In this document: one piece after another, positions 17,376 through 26,401 of the stretch
Layout: each line of letters starts with the position of its first letter
Position numbering within the stretch: the first letter of the stretch is position 1
Assembly: GCF_000379685.1 (NCBI RefSeq)
Contig: NZ_KB903290.1
Location: 211,790-243,789, forward strand
DNA length: 32,000 nucleotides
Origin: Catelliglobosispora koreensis DSM 44566
GTDB taxonomy: Bacteria; Actinomycetota; Actinomycetes; Mycobacteriales; Micromonosporaceae
Reading direction: 5' to 3'
Position numbers and translations under genes: made by a program
Notes under the pieces: model-generated
What the model was told of the DNA's origin: nothing
What the model saw: only the letters and a program-made list of their open reading frames with translations
The model's database searches: none

Positions 17376-18221
17376 CTAGGACGGTAGGTGTGCCCACGCT
17401 CCATGGGCGCCAGCTCGCAACCGGGCGATGACCACCGGGCATCTCGCATGGTGGACGAGCGCTTGGCCAGTCGAGCCAAGCAGCAGACCGGCAAAGCCGC
17501 CAAGCCCGCGTGAGCCGACTACTACCACGCTGGCGGCCTCAGTGCGAGGCACGAGGATGTGTGCCGGTGATCCCGGAACAGCCTGCTGCTCCGTTCGCAC
17601 ATCCGGGAAGGCTTCCTGCCACGGAAGGAGTTCCCGCGCCAGCAGTTCGGTCGCCTGATCATGTTCGGTTTCCGCGTCAGGCACAGGAATCAAGGCATCC
17701 GGGTAACCCATGAGCCCACTGGCGTAAACATGCAATGCGAGAACCGGGCGGCCGGTGAGGTTGGCTTCCAGGAAGGCGTACTCAAGAGCCCCTTGGCTGT
17801 GTGGCGAGGAATCGACACCAACAACAATCGGGCCGTCTTGCGCTGTGTTGCCGCGTACGACGGCGACTGGGCAGTGCGCGTGCATCGACACCTGTAAACT
17901 TGTCGAGCCAAGGAGAAGGTCGGGCAGCGCGCCGCGACCGCGGCGGCCCACGACGATGAGCGCCGCATGATCGGAAGCAGCGATAAGCGCCTGCGCTGCT
18001 GTGGTTTCGGCCAGTTCGGGCACGCAGCGCGCGTCCGCGAACCTCTCCTTCACGAAAGCGTCAGCCTGCCGCCACAGGCCGTGTGCTGTTTCAGCGGATC
18101 CCGCGTGGAGGGTAATCAACGGCACGCGGCGCACGGCAGCCGCGTGGGCAGCCCACATCAATGCCTGCCAAGACGATTCGGATCCGTCGATGCCTACAAC
18201 GATCTGCCGCGAGTCCATCAC
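17376..18221 (-). CDS. Universal stress protein, tandem Usp domains
   Basis: 281 aa, starting IVVGIDGSESS. ATP motifs are VVGRRGRGALPDLLLGSTS and VVGSRGLGGFAGLLLGSTG. Confidence 0.9.
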   Translation of the reverse strand: MMDSRQIVVGIDGSESSWQALMWAAHAAAVRRVPLITLHAGSAETAHGLWRQADAFVKERFADARCVPELAETTAAQALIAASDHAALIVVGRRGRGALPDLLLGSTSLQVSMHAHCPVAVVRGNTAQDGPIVVGVDSSPHSQGALEYAFLEANLTGRPVLALHVYASGLMGYPDALIPVPDAETEHDQATELLARELLPWQEAFPDVRTEQQAVPGSPAHILVPRTEAASVVVVGSRGLGGFAGLLLGSTGQALVHHARCPVVIARLRAGAHGAWAHLPS

Positions 18222-18272
18222 TGATCATCCCCCTGCCCTTCAGTCTGAGGCGAAAACAGCCCGAGGCGGTAG

Positions 18273-18286
18273 GGGTACAAGGTCCC
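18273..18286. promoter_or_regulatory. Candidate DosR/DevR-like box in the usp/fbp divergent region (GGGTACAAGGTCCC)
   Basis: Matches the core at 10/14 with both outer GGG/CCC triplets intact. It lies 59-72 nt from the ATG at 18345 and 52-65 nt from the minus-strand start at 18221. Confidence 0.35.
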
Positions 18287-18344
18287 GGCGATCTGGGCCG
18301 TCTGCTCCTAGTGGGTTAGATCCCCGGCGAGGTGCCCTGAGTCT

Positions 18345-19475
18345 ATGGATATCACGCTAAGCATTATCAAGGCCGATACCGGCGGCTTCGTCGGCCACAC
18401 CGCCGTTCACCCGGAGATGATGGCAGCCGCGAGATCCGAGATCACAAAAGCCATCGCCGAAGGGCTATTGATCGATGGCAATGTTGCCGCGTGTGGAGAT
18501 GATATTTCGCTCATCATGACCCATCAGCGTGAGCCCGAGAACGCGGCTATTCATTCGTTTGCCTGGAACGTTTTCCGCGAAACGACAGTGATTGCCAAGC
18601 GCCTCGGGTTGTATGGCGCCGGGCAGGATCTGCTCTCCGACGCCTTCAGCGGCAACCTTCGTGGAATGGGCCCCGGCTATGCCGAGCTGTCGTTCACCGA
18701 GCGGCCTAGCGAGCCAGTGATCTGCTTCCTGGCCGATAAGACGGAGCCTGGTGCGTGGAACTTGCCTCTGTACAAGATGTTCGCCGATCCGTTCAACACC
18801 GCTGGGCTGGTCATCGATGCCAAGATGCACGCTGGTTTCCGGTTTGAGGTGTACGACCTTTATGAGGAGAAGCGCATCTGGTTCGACTGTCCCAAGGATC
18901 TCTACGAGATGCTGATGTTCATCGGTGCGCCTGCTCGTTACGTGATTCACCGGGTCGAGTCGCCAACACTGGGCGAACCGGCGGCGGCTACCTCGACGCA
19001 ACGCCTCTCACTGATCGCGGGCAAGTACGTAGGCAAGGACGATCCGGTGATGATCGTTCGCGCGCAATCCGGATTACCCGCGGTGGGTGAGGTGCTAGAG
19101 CCGTTTGCCTTCCCGCACACGGTGGCGGGCTGCATGCGTGGCTCCCACCACGCACCTCTTACACCGGTCAGCCTCGCCCAAGCTCATCCCAGCCGCTTCG
19201 ACGGGCCGCCGCGTGTCGTGGCGCTCGGATTCCAGCTGCATGAGGGAAAGCTGATCGGCCCTCGCGATCTATTTGACGATGTCGCGTTTGACGGTGCCCG
19301 TACCACCGCCGGAGAGGTCATGGACTATCTGCGCCGGCACGGCCCGTTTGAGCCACATCGGCTCGCACTCGAGGATCTGGAATACACGACGATGCATGAA
19401 CTGGAGCGCCGTCTAGCCGATCGCTGGGAATCGATGGGGGAGCCGGTGCGGGCACAGAAGGGAATCGCGTCATGA
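18345..19475 (+). CDS. fbp: Class V (archaeal-type) bifunctional fructose-1,6-bisphosphate aldolase/phosphatase
   Basis: The 376-aa protein is collinear with my recollection of the Sulfolobus/Thermoproteus enzymes. Shared blocks: SIIKADTGGFVGH, GAGQDLLSDAFSGNLRGMGPG, ADKTEPGAWNLPLYKMFADPFNT, IAGKYVGKDDPVMIVR, MRGSHHAPL, RFDGPPRV. Confidence 0.92.
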   Translation: MDITLSIIKADTGGFVGHTAVHPEMMAAARSEITKAIAEGLLIDGNVAACGDDISLIMTHQREPENAAIHSFAWNVFRETTVIAKRLGLYGAGQDLLSDAFSGNLRGMGPGYAELSFTERPSEPVICFLADKTEPGAWNLPLYKMFADPFNTAGLVIDAKMHAGFRFEVYDLYEEKRIWFDCPKDLYEMLMFIGAPARYVIHRVESPTLGEPAAATSTQRLSLIAGKYVGKDDPVMIVRAQSGLPAVGEVLEPFAFPHTVAGCMRGSHHAPLTPVSLAQAHPSRFDGPPRVVALGFQLHEGKLIGPRDLFDDVAFDGARTTAGEVMDYLRRHGPFEPHRLALEDLEYTTMHELERRLADRWESMGEPVRAQKGIAS

Positions 19476-19759
19476 CCACTCCAACCCATTGGCTTGTCGA
19501 CATCGAGATCATGCCTGAAGACGTCAACCGCATGACCTACGCCCTGGCGAGATTGCGTGACGGGCGAGAAGGTCACGCGTCTGCCATCGAGGCATCTGGT
19601 CACGCACGCCGCAACCCTGCCGATTTTCCAAGGCCAGAACTGGGTGCGGAACTAGCCGCCACCCGGGCGGTGACTGCACTGGCCCGCAAGATGCAGGCTC
19701 ACGCTGCCGAGGACTTGAGCGTCCTGGCCACACCGCCTGCCCACAGCTCGGGATGGTGA
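19472..19759 (+). CDS. DUF1876-family protein (Rv1738/Rv2632c-like)
   Basis: The pattern W-x-VDI-x-I...A-x-A-x-L...G-x-A-R-R-NPAD-x-P-x-P-E-L-G-x-ELA-x-x-RA recalls Rv1738. It is ATGA-coupled to fbp. Confidence 0.7.
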   Translation: MTTPTHWLVDIEIMPEDVNRMTYALARLRDGREGHASAIEASGHARRNPADFPRPELGAELAATRAVTALARKMQAHAAEDLSVLATPPAHSSGW

Positions 19760-20181
19760 GGCACATGGCCACCGGGAAGATGCAGGCCCGCCAGACCAAG
19801 CCGGGCCTGCACGCCTGGAACACCTTCACTCGCTGGCTTCTGCATGTCCCATTGCTGCGGCGTCTGGCCGATAGCGAGGTCTGTGAGCTGACTTTCCACG
19901 GTGTCCTAACCGGCAGGCCGGTAACGCTTCCTGTCATGTACGCCGAGCAAAACGGGTGCGTCGTGGTGTTGGTAGGCGCGCCGGACACCAAGGTGTGGTG
20001 GCACAACTTCGCTACCGAACAGCCCGTAAGGGTGTGGCTACGAGGCCGCGAGCGCGACGGCCGGGGCCGCACCGTGATGCCCGGCGATCTCGCCCGTGCG
20101 GCGGTGGCCGATATCTACAACGCCAAGTATCTAGACATCCCGGTGCAGGACGATCCGCTCCTGTTCATCACCTTGAAGTAA
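19753..20181 (+). CDS. Split-beta-barrel protein, DUF385/deazaflavin-dependent nitroreductase-like
   Basis: LTGRPVTLPVMYAEQNGCVVVLVGAPDTKVWWHNFATEQPVRVWLRG resembles the GRxSGxxRxxPL...WYxNLxAxPxV pattern. The start is uncertain (19753 or the ATG at 19765). Confidence 0.5.
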   Translation: MVRHMATGKMQARQTKPGLHAWNTFTRWLLHVPLLRRLADSEVCELTFHGVLTGRPVTLPVMYAEQNGCVVVLVGAPDTKVWWHNFATEQPVRVWLRGRERDGRGRTVMPGDLARAAVADIYNAKYLDIPVQDDPLLFITLK

Positions 20182-20200
20182 CCGTCCACATCAGGGTTGG

Positions 20201-20629
20201 CTAGTTATTTGGCGGTGCTGAATATACAGCGCCTGCGAACTCGGCAACCTCTGCCTGATAAAGATTTCTGGCGAGGTCTGCTTCGCTGATCATGCCAACA
20301 AGGCGATGGTCTTGCATCACGGGCAAGCGGCGGATGGCGTTGATTTCCATCAGGCGCAGCACCTCGCGTTCGTCAGCTTGCGCGTCGACCCACACCGGGG
20401 TTCCCTTGGCTAGCTGGCCCGCTGTTGTCTGCTTCGGGTCGCTTCCTTCCGCGATGCAATGCACCACGATATCGCGGTCAGTGATGATGCCGTGCAACCG
20501 GTCATCGGCGCCGCAGATGGGAAGCGCGCCGACATGCAGGTCACGCATCTTGCGGGCGGCCGCGTCTAAGGTCTCCGATTCCTTGATGCACTCGACGCCT
20601 TCATGCATCAGGTCCCTTGCTGTGGCCAT
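20201..20629 (-). CDS. CBS-pair domain protein (Hrp1/Rv2626c-like)
   Basis: Trimmed to the ATG at 20629, preceded by CCAGGAGGAAG. The 142-aa protein has two CBS motifs (ARDLMHEGVECI...GALPICG...GIITDRDIV and the second ...LPVMQDHRLVGMISEADLA). Confidence 0.88.
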   Translation of the reverse strand: MATARDLMHEGVECIKESETLDAAARKMRDLHVGALPICGADDRLHGIITDRDIVVHCIAEGSDPKQTTAGQLAKGTPVWVDAQADEREVLRLMEINAIRRLPVMQDHRLVGMISEADLARNLYQAEVAEFAGAVYSAPPNN

Positions 20630-20809
20630 GGTGACTTCCTCCTGGTCGTTGGCCCGCGGCGCCGCTGCCGGACATGCCGGCACGGTTTGCCTCGCGTGTA
20701 TCTGGCTCGTCTTCGAGCCTGGCAGGCACCTGCCGGCGCTCGCAGGCTAACCCGGAAATGCACGCGGATTGCCAGGCGTTTTCTGCCTGCCGCGAGTTGG
20801 GAGCCTGGC

Positions 20810-22015
20810 TTAGACGCCTGAGGGATATGTCTCCCATTCGCCGTGGGCGGGCTGGGTATGCAGCGGATGCACACTGGTTGTTTGCTCGCACCAGACGAAC
20901 GCGTCGTAGCGCTGGCCGAGGCGGGTTGGTACGTAGTTCGACCGGCCTTCGCTCTCAGGGTGGTATACGACACCGATAGCGCGATGGCGACAGGTCTCGG
21001 TGAGCCATCGCGGCTGTCCGTGACGGGGAAAGACCATCAGTGTCCGTGCCGGAAGGTGGAAGCGCAGGAGATCCTCCAGTGACCCGGATTGTGCTGGCGG
21101 CACCGTCATGTTCTGCCAAGGCGAGCCCCACCGCGGGGCGGCGATGACGGTGCCCCGGTGGCTGCCGAACCCCACCAGGACAACATTTTCGCGCCCATAT
21201 CGCTCGCGGGCCAATTGCCCAATGTTGACCATGCCTGCCGCTGCCATATCCGTGGCACCGGCGTCGCCGACGTGCGTGTTATGCGCCCAGATCACGGCTT
21301 TGGCTTTGCTGCCGTAGTGCTCAAGAAGCCGGTCAATCGTCTCCATCATGTGGGTATCGCGAATGTTCCATGAGTCAGGACCGCCCTGGACCATCGCCCG
21401 GTAGTACCGTTCGGCATCGGCCACGACGTTGGCGTTCTGCCAGACGTCAAAACTTGTTTCGCGCTGGCGGGCCTGAACAAGAAGCCGCATCACTTCGGTT
21501 TCGCAACTGCGGGGCACTAGCCGGGTGGACATGGCGTACTCCTGCGGGTCCTCGTGGTATGGCTCAAAGCACCGGTAGGCGTCCCACACAGCATCCAGAC
21601 TGTCTGGCTCGTGTGCGCGTACGTAGTCGGTAATAACCTGAAGCGATTCCCACAAGCTGTAGACATCCAGCCCATGGAACCCCACCCGCGCTGAACGCGG
21701 TCGCGTTTCATTCCAGTGACGCAACCAGCGGCAAAAGGCCGCAACCTCCGAATTGGCCCACATCCATGTCGGCCAGCGGGCGAAGGCGTGTAAAGCCGCA
21801 TCGGTGTCGCCGCCGCCTAGAACGGCCTGATTGACCCGGTCGCAGTCGGGCCAGTCGCCTTCCACGGCGACGAAGGAGAACCCGTGCTCAGCGATCAGCA
21901 TGCGTGTTATCTGAGCACGGATCGCGTAGTAGTCGTGGGTTCCGTGGCTTGCTTCGCCCAGCATGACAATCCGGGCTTTCCCGATGTGCTCGGCAAGCGG
22001 CATCAGGCTCATCAT
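20810..22015 (-). CDS. Erythromycin-esterase-family (PF05139-like) protein
   Basis: 401 aa. The N-terminus ARIVMLGEASHGTHDYYAIRAQITRMLIAEHGFSFVAVEGDWPD is the family signature as I recall it. An RBS (GGGAGGTGG) is present. Confidence 0.75.
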   Translation of the reverse strand: MMSLMPLAEHIGKARIVMLGEASHGTHDYYAIRAQITRMLIAEHGFSFVAVEGDWPDCDRVNQAVLGGGDTDAALHAFARWPTWMWANSEVAAFCRWLRHWNETRPRSARVGFHGLDVYSLWESLQVITDYVRAHEPDSLDAVWDAYRCFEPYHEDPQEYAMSTRLVPRSCETEVMRLLVQARQRETSFDVWQNANVVADAERYYRAMVQGGPDSWNIRDTHMMETIDRLLEHYGSKAKAVIWAHNTHVGDAGATDMAAAGMVNIGQLARERYGRENVVLVGFGSHRGTVIAAPRWGSPWQNMTVPPAQSGSLEDLLRFHLPARTLMVFPRHGQPRWLTETCRHRAIGVVYHPESEGRSNYVPTRLGQRYDAFVWCEQTTSVHPLHTQPAHGEWETYPSGV

Positions 22016-22070
22016 CCACCTCCCGCTGAGGCTGCCCTTCCTAAGGATTGGGCTGATGTGATGAGCAGCT

Positions 22071-22090
22071 GTAGGGCCAGAAGTCCTCTA
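22071..22090. promoter_or_regulatory. Candidate DosR/DevR-like box proximal to the esterase gene (GTAGGGCCAGAAGTCCTCTA)
   Basis: The core GGGCCAGAAGTCCT matches at 10/14. It lies 56-75 nt upstream of the minus-strand start at 22015. Confidence 0.4.
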
Positions 22091-22138
22091 CCTGGCGCAT
22101 CGCCGATCACTCTGCGCGGGGAGCCGTGTGGCCCACCG

Positions 22139-22158
22139 CAGAGGACCTTAGGCCCTTC
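22139..22158. promoter_or_regulatory. Candidate DosR/DevR-like box proximal to the hsp20 gene (CAGAGGACCTTAGGCCCTTC)
   Basis: The core AGGACCTTAGGCCC matches at 11/14. It lies 58-77 nt upstream of the ATG at 22216. Confidence 0.5.
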
Positions 22159-22215
22159 TGCCGGGTGGTTGTCCTGAACTTAGCTGGACTCGAGCAGAAC
22201 AGGAGGTGACTGGTC

Positions 22216-22605
22216 ATGACGGTGCTAGTGCCCCGCATGCTAAGCCGGTTAGAGGATTTGCTCGAGTGGGATGGTCCCGCGACTCATCTGATCCGCGTCG
22301 AGGAGCAGCAGCAGGACGGTGTTTACCGCATTCGCGCGGAGCTGCCTGGTATGGATGCCAAAGACATCAAGGTTTCCGTTGACCACGGCATGCTGATCAT
22401 TGATGCCGAACGCAGCGAAGAGAAGAAGGACAACTACCGCAGCGAGTTTCGGTATGGATCGCTTCACCGAAGCGCAGCCCTTCCCGCTGGCGCCGAGGAG
22501 CAGAAGATCCATGCGTCCTACGACAAGGGGATCCTTGAGATCACGGTGCCGGTGGGCGAGAAGAAGCCTTCCGGGCGCACGATTCCTATCGAGGCCGCCA
22601 AGTAG
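22216..22605 (+). CDS. Hsp20/alpha-crystallin small heat-shock protein (HspX/Acr-like)
   Basis: YRIRAELPGMDAKDIKVSV..GMLIIDAERSEEK....RSEFRYGSLHRSAALPAGAEEQKIHASYDKGILEITVPV closely parallels M. tuberculosis HspX as I recall it. An RBS (AGGAGG) is present. Confidence 0.9.
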   Translation: MTVLVPRMLSRLEDLLEWDGPATHLIRVEEQQQDGVYRIRAELPGMDAKDIKVSVDHGMLIIDAERSEEKKDNYRSEFRYGSLHRSAALPAGAEEQKIHASYDKGILEITVPVGEKKPSGRTIPIEAAK

Positions 22606-22717
22606 AAAACCGGTGGTGCCCGGCTGCGGGCGGTAGCTTGGCGCGGTGGAGGGTGCCGCTTCCAATCGCTGCCCGGCCGGGCGCCATCACCCCAGTTTGC
22701 GGGCGGAGGTTGCTCGA

Positions 22718-24490
22718 ATGTCGTGGGATCCGATAGGCAAGACTGAGACCCAGTGGGCGTCGGCGAACCTGACTGACTACGAAGGGGCGCGGCGAAAGTT
22801 CACGTGGGAGCAGGCACGTGAATATCTTTCCGGGCTACCGGGCGGTCAAGGGCTCAACATCGGTTACGAGGCGGTTGACCGGCACGCCTCCGGCCCGAGA
22901 CGTGACAAAGTCGCGATCCGTTTCCTTGGCGCTGGCGGCGCAGTTACGGAACTGACTTACGCCATGCTTTACCAACTGACGAGCCGATTCGCCAATCTTC
23001 TTGCGTCTCTGGGGGTTCAGCCCGGCGAGCGAGTCTTCTCACTTCTCGGCCGAGAGCCAGATCTTTACGTGGCGGCGCTGGGAACGTTGCGATACCAAGG
23101 TGTTTTCTCGCCACTGTTCGCCGCGTTCGGGCCCGAACCGGTCAGGCAGCGGATCACGGCAGGCGATGGGGTGGTTCTGGTGACTACGCCACGACTATAT
23201 GAGGCGAAGATTGCGCCCATCCGGCACTTGCTTGCGAGCCTGCGTCATGTGCTTGTTACAGGGCAAGGAAAAACTCCGCCAGGCACATCCAGCCTCGACG
23301 ATCTGATGGCAGCCGTTGCGGACCACTTCACTGTCGCTCCAACTGATCCGCAGCAAATGGCACTCCTTCATTTCACCAGCGGCACGACCGGCATGCCCAA
23401 AGGCGCCGTCCACGTCCATGAGGCGGTCGTGGCGCATAACATGACCGCCCGCTTGGCGCTGGACTTGCACCCCGATGACATCTTCTGGTGTACAGCGGAT
23501 CCCGGCTGGGTAACCGGAATGTCCTACGGCATCATCGCCCCGCTAACGCTTGGTGTCACCATCATCGCCGATGCCGGTGAGTTTGACGCCCGTCGCTGGT
23601 ATCAGCAGTTAGCTGAGCAGCGCGTCACGGTCTGGTATACCGCACCTACGGCGCTGCGGATGCTGATGCGGCACCCGCCGGAACTCGCCAAGGAGCACGA
23701 CCTTAGCCGCTTGCGGTTCATCGCCTCAGTGGGCGAACCGCTTAACCCCGAAGCGGTTGCCTGGGGGCAGCGAACGCTCGGCCTGGCTGTGCACGACAAT
23801 TGGTGGCAGACCGAAACCGGGGCCATCATGATTTCGAACTTCGCCGGCCTGGAGGTGCGGCCCGGGTCGATGGGCCGCCCGCTGCCGGGAATCGACGCCA
23901 CCATTCTTGAACGCGGTGAAGACGGACGTGCGCTCATCATCGATGGGCAGGTCCGTCCAGTGCCATCCAATGTGGATGGTGAGCTTGCGCTACGGCCGGG
24001 GTTCCCCTCTATGTTCCGCGGTTACCTGCACGAGGAGCAGCGATACGAGAAATGTTTCGCCGGCGGCTGGTACCTGACTGGCGATCTGGCGCGCTGCGAT
24101 GAAGACGGATATTTCTGGTTCGTTGGGAGGGCCGATGACGTCATCAAGTCGGCCGGGCATTTGATCGGGCCGTTTGAGGTGGAAAGTGCGCTCATGGAGC
24201 ACCCAGCTGTCGCCGAGGCGGGTGTCATCGGTAAGCCGGATCCGGTGGCAGGAGAGATCGTCAAAGCTTTCGTCACCTTGCGCACCGGCAACGTGCCATC
24301 GGACGAGCTGCGCCTGGATCTGCTCGCGTTCGGCCGCCGGCGGCTGGGCGCGGTCGCGCCACGCGAGATCGTCTTCGACCAGAACCTTCCCCACACGCGC
24401 AGCGGCAAGGTGATGCGGCGCCTGCTTAAAGCCCGCGACCTCGGCCTGCCAGAAGGTGACTTGTCCACGTTGGAGAGTGCACATGAATGA
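22718..24490 (+). CDS. acsA: AMP-forming acetyl-CoA synthetase-like ligase (Bacillus AcsA type)
   Basis: Trimmed to the ATG at 22718 (RBS GGCGGAGG). The N-terminus resembles B. subtilis AcsA (NLTDYE...FTWEQA...[11 protein letters not shown]). The AMP motif is [16 protein letters not shown], and the A10 motif is [15 protein letters not shown] with the regulatory Lys. Confidence 0.85.
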   Translation: MSWDPIGKTETQWASANLTDYEGARRKFTWEQAREYLSGLPGGQGLNIGYEAVDRHASGPRRDKVAIRFLGAGGAVTELTYAMLYQLTSRFANLLASLGVQPGERVFSLLGREPDLYVAALGTLRYQGVFSPLFAAFGPEPVRQRITAGDGVVLVTTPRLYEAKIAPIRHLLASLRHVLVTGQGKTPPGTSSLDDLMAAVADHFTVAPTDPQQMALLHFTSGTTGMPKGAVHVHEAVVAHNMTARLALDLHPDDIFWCTADPGWVTGMSYGIIAPLTLGVTIIADAGEFDARRWYQQLAEQRVTVWYTAPTALRMLMRHPPELAKEHDLSRLRFIASVGEPLNPEAVAWGQRTLGLAVHDNWWQTETGAIMISNFAGLEVRPGSMGRPLPGIDATILERGEDGRALIIDGQVRPVPSNVDGELALRPGFPSMFRGYLHEEQRYEKCFAGGWYLTGDLARCDEDGYFWFVGRADDVIKSAGHLIGPFEVESALMEHPAVAEAGVIGKPDPVAGEIVKAFVTLRTGNVPSDELRLDLLAFGRRRLGAVAPREIVFDQNLPHTRSGKVMRRLLKARDLGLPEGDLSTLESAHE

Positions 24491-25430
24491 GTCGTTTGAA
24501 CTTCTTAGGCGGATGCTGCTGATCCGGCGGTTCGAGGAACGGTGCGCAGAGCTCTACAGCAGCCAGGAAATACGCGGTTTCCTGCACCTGTACGTAGGGG
24601 AAGAGGCAGTCGCCGTGGGCGTCATGGCTGAGTTCGGGCCGGAAGACGCGATCGTTTCGACCTATCGCGAGCACGGCCATGCCCTTGCCCGCGGTGTCAG
24701 CCCTGACGCGATCATGGCTGAAATGTTTGGCAAGGCAACGGGATGCAGCGGCGGCCGGGGCGGTTCCATGCACTTGTTCGACGCGTCCACACGTTTCTAT
24801 GGTGGCAATGCCATTGTTGCTGGCGGACTGCCCCTTGCGGTGGGGCTCGCGCTGGCGGACCGGATGCAGGGACGGCCTGTCGTGACCGCATGCTTCTTCG
24901 GCGACGGCGCCGTCGCCGAAGGCGAATTCCACGAGAGCATGAATCTCGCGGCGCTGTGGCGTCTTCCTGTTCTGTTCTGTTGCGAAAACAACCTCTACGC
25001 CATGGGGACGAGGATCGAGCGCACGCATGCGGTAACCGAACTCGCCGTACGAGCCGCGGGCTATGGCATGCCAGCCGAGGTTGTGGACGGCATGGACGTC
25101 CTCGCCGTGCGTGAGGTGACTCGCAAAGCTCTTAAACGGATCCGTTCTGAAGCAGGGCCACAGTTCCTGGAACTACAGACCTACCGGTTCCGTGCACATT
25201 CCATGTATGACCCCGATCGCTATCGCGACAAAGCCGAGATCGCCGAATGGAAACGGCGTGACCCGATCGACAAGCTCGCCGCCACACTCCGTCTGCCAAC
25301 CGAGGACATATCAAAACTGGATACGGAGATAACGGAGGTCATTGACGCGGCTGTGGCATTCGCCCGTACGGCATCGCCGGAGAATGTCGATTCGCTGACC
25401 CGCCACGTCTACAGCGAGGTGCGCAGATGA
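24483..25430 (+). CDS. 2-oxoacid (pyruvate/acetoin) dehydrogenase E1 alpha subunit, TPP-dependent
   Basis: Trimmed to the ATG at 24483 (8-nt overlap with acsA). It contains [32 protein letters not shown] and the TPP motif [37 protein letters not shown]. Confidence 0.88.
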   Translation: MNESFELLRRMLLIRRFEERCAELYSSQEIRGFLHLYVGEEAVAVGVMAEFGPEDAIVSTYREHGHALARGVSPDAIMAEMFGKATGCSGGRGGSMHLFDASTRFYGGNAIVAGGLPLAVGLALADRMQGRPVVTACFFGDGAVAEGEFHESMNLAALWRLPVLFCCENNLYAMGTRIERTHAVTELAVRAAGYGMPAEVVDGMDVLAVREVTRKALKRIRSEAGPQFLELQTYRFRAHSMYDPDRYRDKAEIAEWKRRDPIDKLAATLRLPTEDISKLDTEITEVIDAAVAFARTASPENVDSLTRHVYSEVRR

Positions 25431-26401
25431 GGACGACCTACCGGGAAGCAGTCCGCGAAGCCATACGTGAAGCGATGCGCGCTGATAGCCGTGTCTTTCT
25501 TATGGGGGAAGACGTCGGGAGGTACGGAGGTGCATTTGGCGTGAGCCTGGGGCTGCTTGAGGAGTTCGGGCCGGATCGTATACGCGACACGCCTCTGTCG
25601 GAGTCTGCGTTCACCGGAGCGGGAATCGGCGCCGCTATCGGCGGCATGCGGCCCATCGTGGAAATCATGACCGTCAACTTCAGTTTGCTCGCGCTGGATC
25701 AAATCATGAACAACGCCGCCACGTTGCGGCACATGTCCAATGGCCAAATAGGCGTACCGCTGGTGATCCGGATGACGACCGGTGCGGGCAGGCAGCTCGC
25801 GGCCCAGCATTCGCATAGCCTGGAGGGTTGGTACAGCCATATTCCGGGGCTGCGTATCCTCGCACCGGCCACTGTCGCTGACGCCAGAGGAATGCTCGCG
25901 CCCGCACTTGCCGACCCCGACCCGGTGCTGATCTTTGAACACGGCAGCCTTTACAACACCGAAGGTGAGCTGCCCGAGTCGATTCCTACCTGTGACATTT
26001 CCTCGGCGGCGATCGGGCGGACCGGCACCGATGTCACGGTCATCACCTACGGCGGCACGATGCCAGCCGTGATATCCGCGGCCGATGAGCTTGCCACGCT
26101 TGGGATATCAGCGGAAGTCGTGGACCTGCGGGTGCTGCGGCCGCTAAATGACGCGACCATCATGCAGTCGGTCCGCAAAACACACCGCGCCGTCGTCGTG
26201 GACGAAGGCTGGCGCTCTGGCAGCCTTTCGGCAGAAGTAAGTGCCCGGATCACCGAGCAAGCCTTTTTCGACCTCGACGCACCAGTCATGCGAGTATGCA
26301 CGGAAGAAGTGCCGATACCGTACGCGAAACATCTTGAGGAGGCCGCGTTGCCGCGGCCGGAACGGATCGTGCGCACTGCCAGGGAGCTGGTGGGCAGATG
26401 A
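25427..26401 (+). CDS. 2-oxoacid dehydrogenase E1 beta subunit (transketolase-like)
   Basis: [56 protein letters not shown] is the canonical E1 beta N-terminus. ATGA overlaps occur at both ends. Confidence 0.9.
   Translation: MRTTYREAVREAIREAMRADSRVFLMGEDVGRYGGAFGVSLGLLEEFGPDRIRDTPLSESAFTGAGIGAAIGGMRPIVEIMTVNFSLLALDQIMNNAATLRHMSNGQIGVPLVIRMTTGAGRQLAAQHSHSLEGWYSHIPGLRILAPATVADARGMLAPALADPDPVLIFEHGSLYNTEGELPESIPTCDISSAAIGRTGTDVTVITYGGTMPAVISAADELATLGISAEVVDLRVLRPLNDATIMQSVRKTHRAVVVDEGWRSGSLSAEVSARITEQAFFDLDAPVMRVCTEEVPIPYAKHLEEAALPRPERIVRTARELVGR

Noticed and set aside
18313-18325. Second possible DosR box GGGTTAGATCCCC upstream of fbp
   Set aside because: The half-site spacing is two nt too short (a 12-13-mer rather than a 14-mer core). 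Aligning either half destroys the other.
22171-22189. GTCCTGAACTTAGCTGGAC upstream of hsp20
   Set aside because: The half-sites are everted (GTCC...GGAC) relative to the DosR box (GGAC...GTCC), and the spacing differs. It probably just overlaps core promoter elements.
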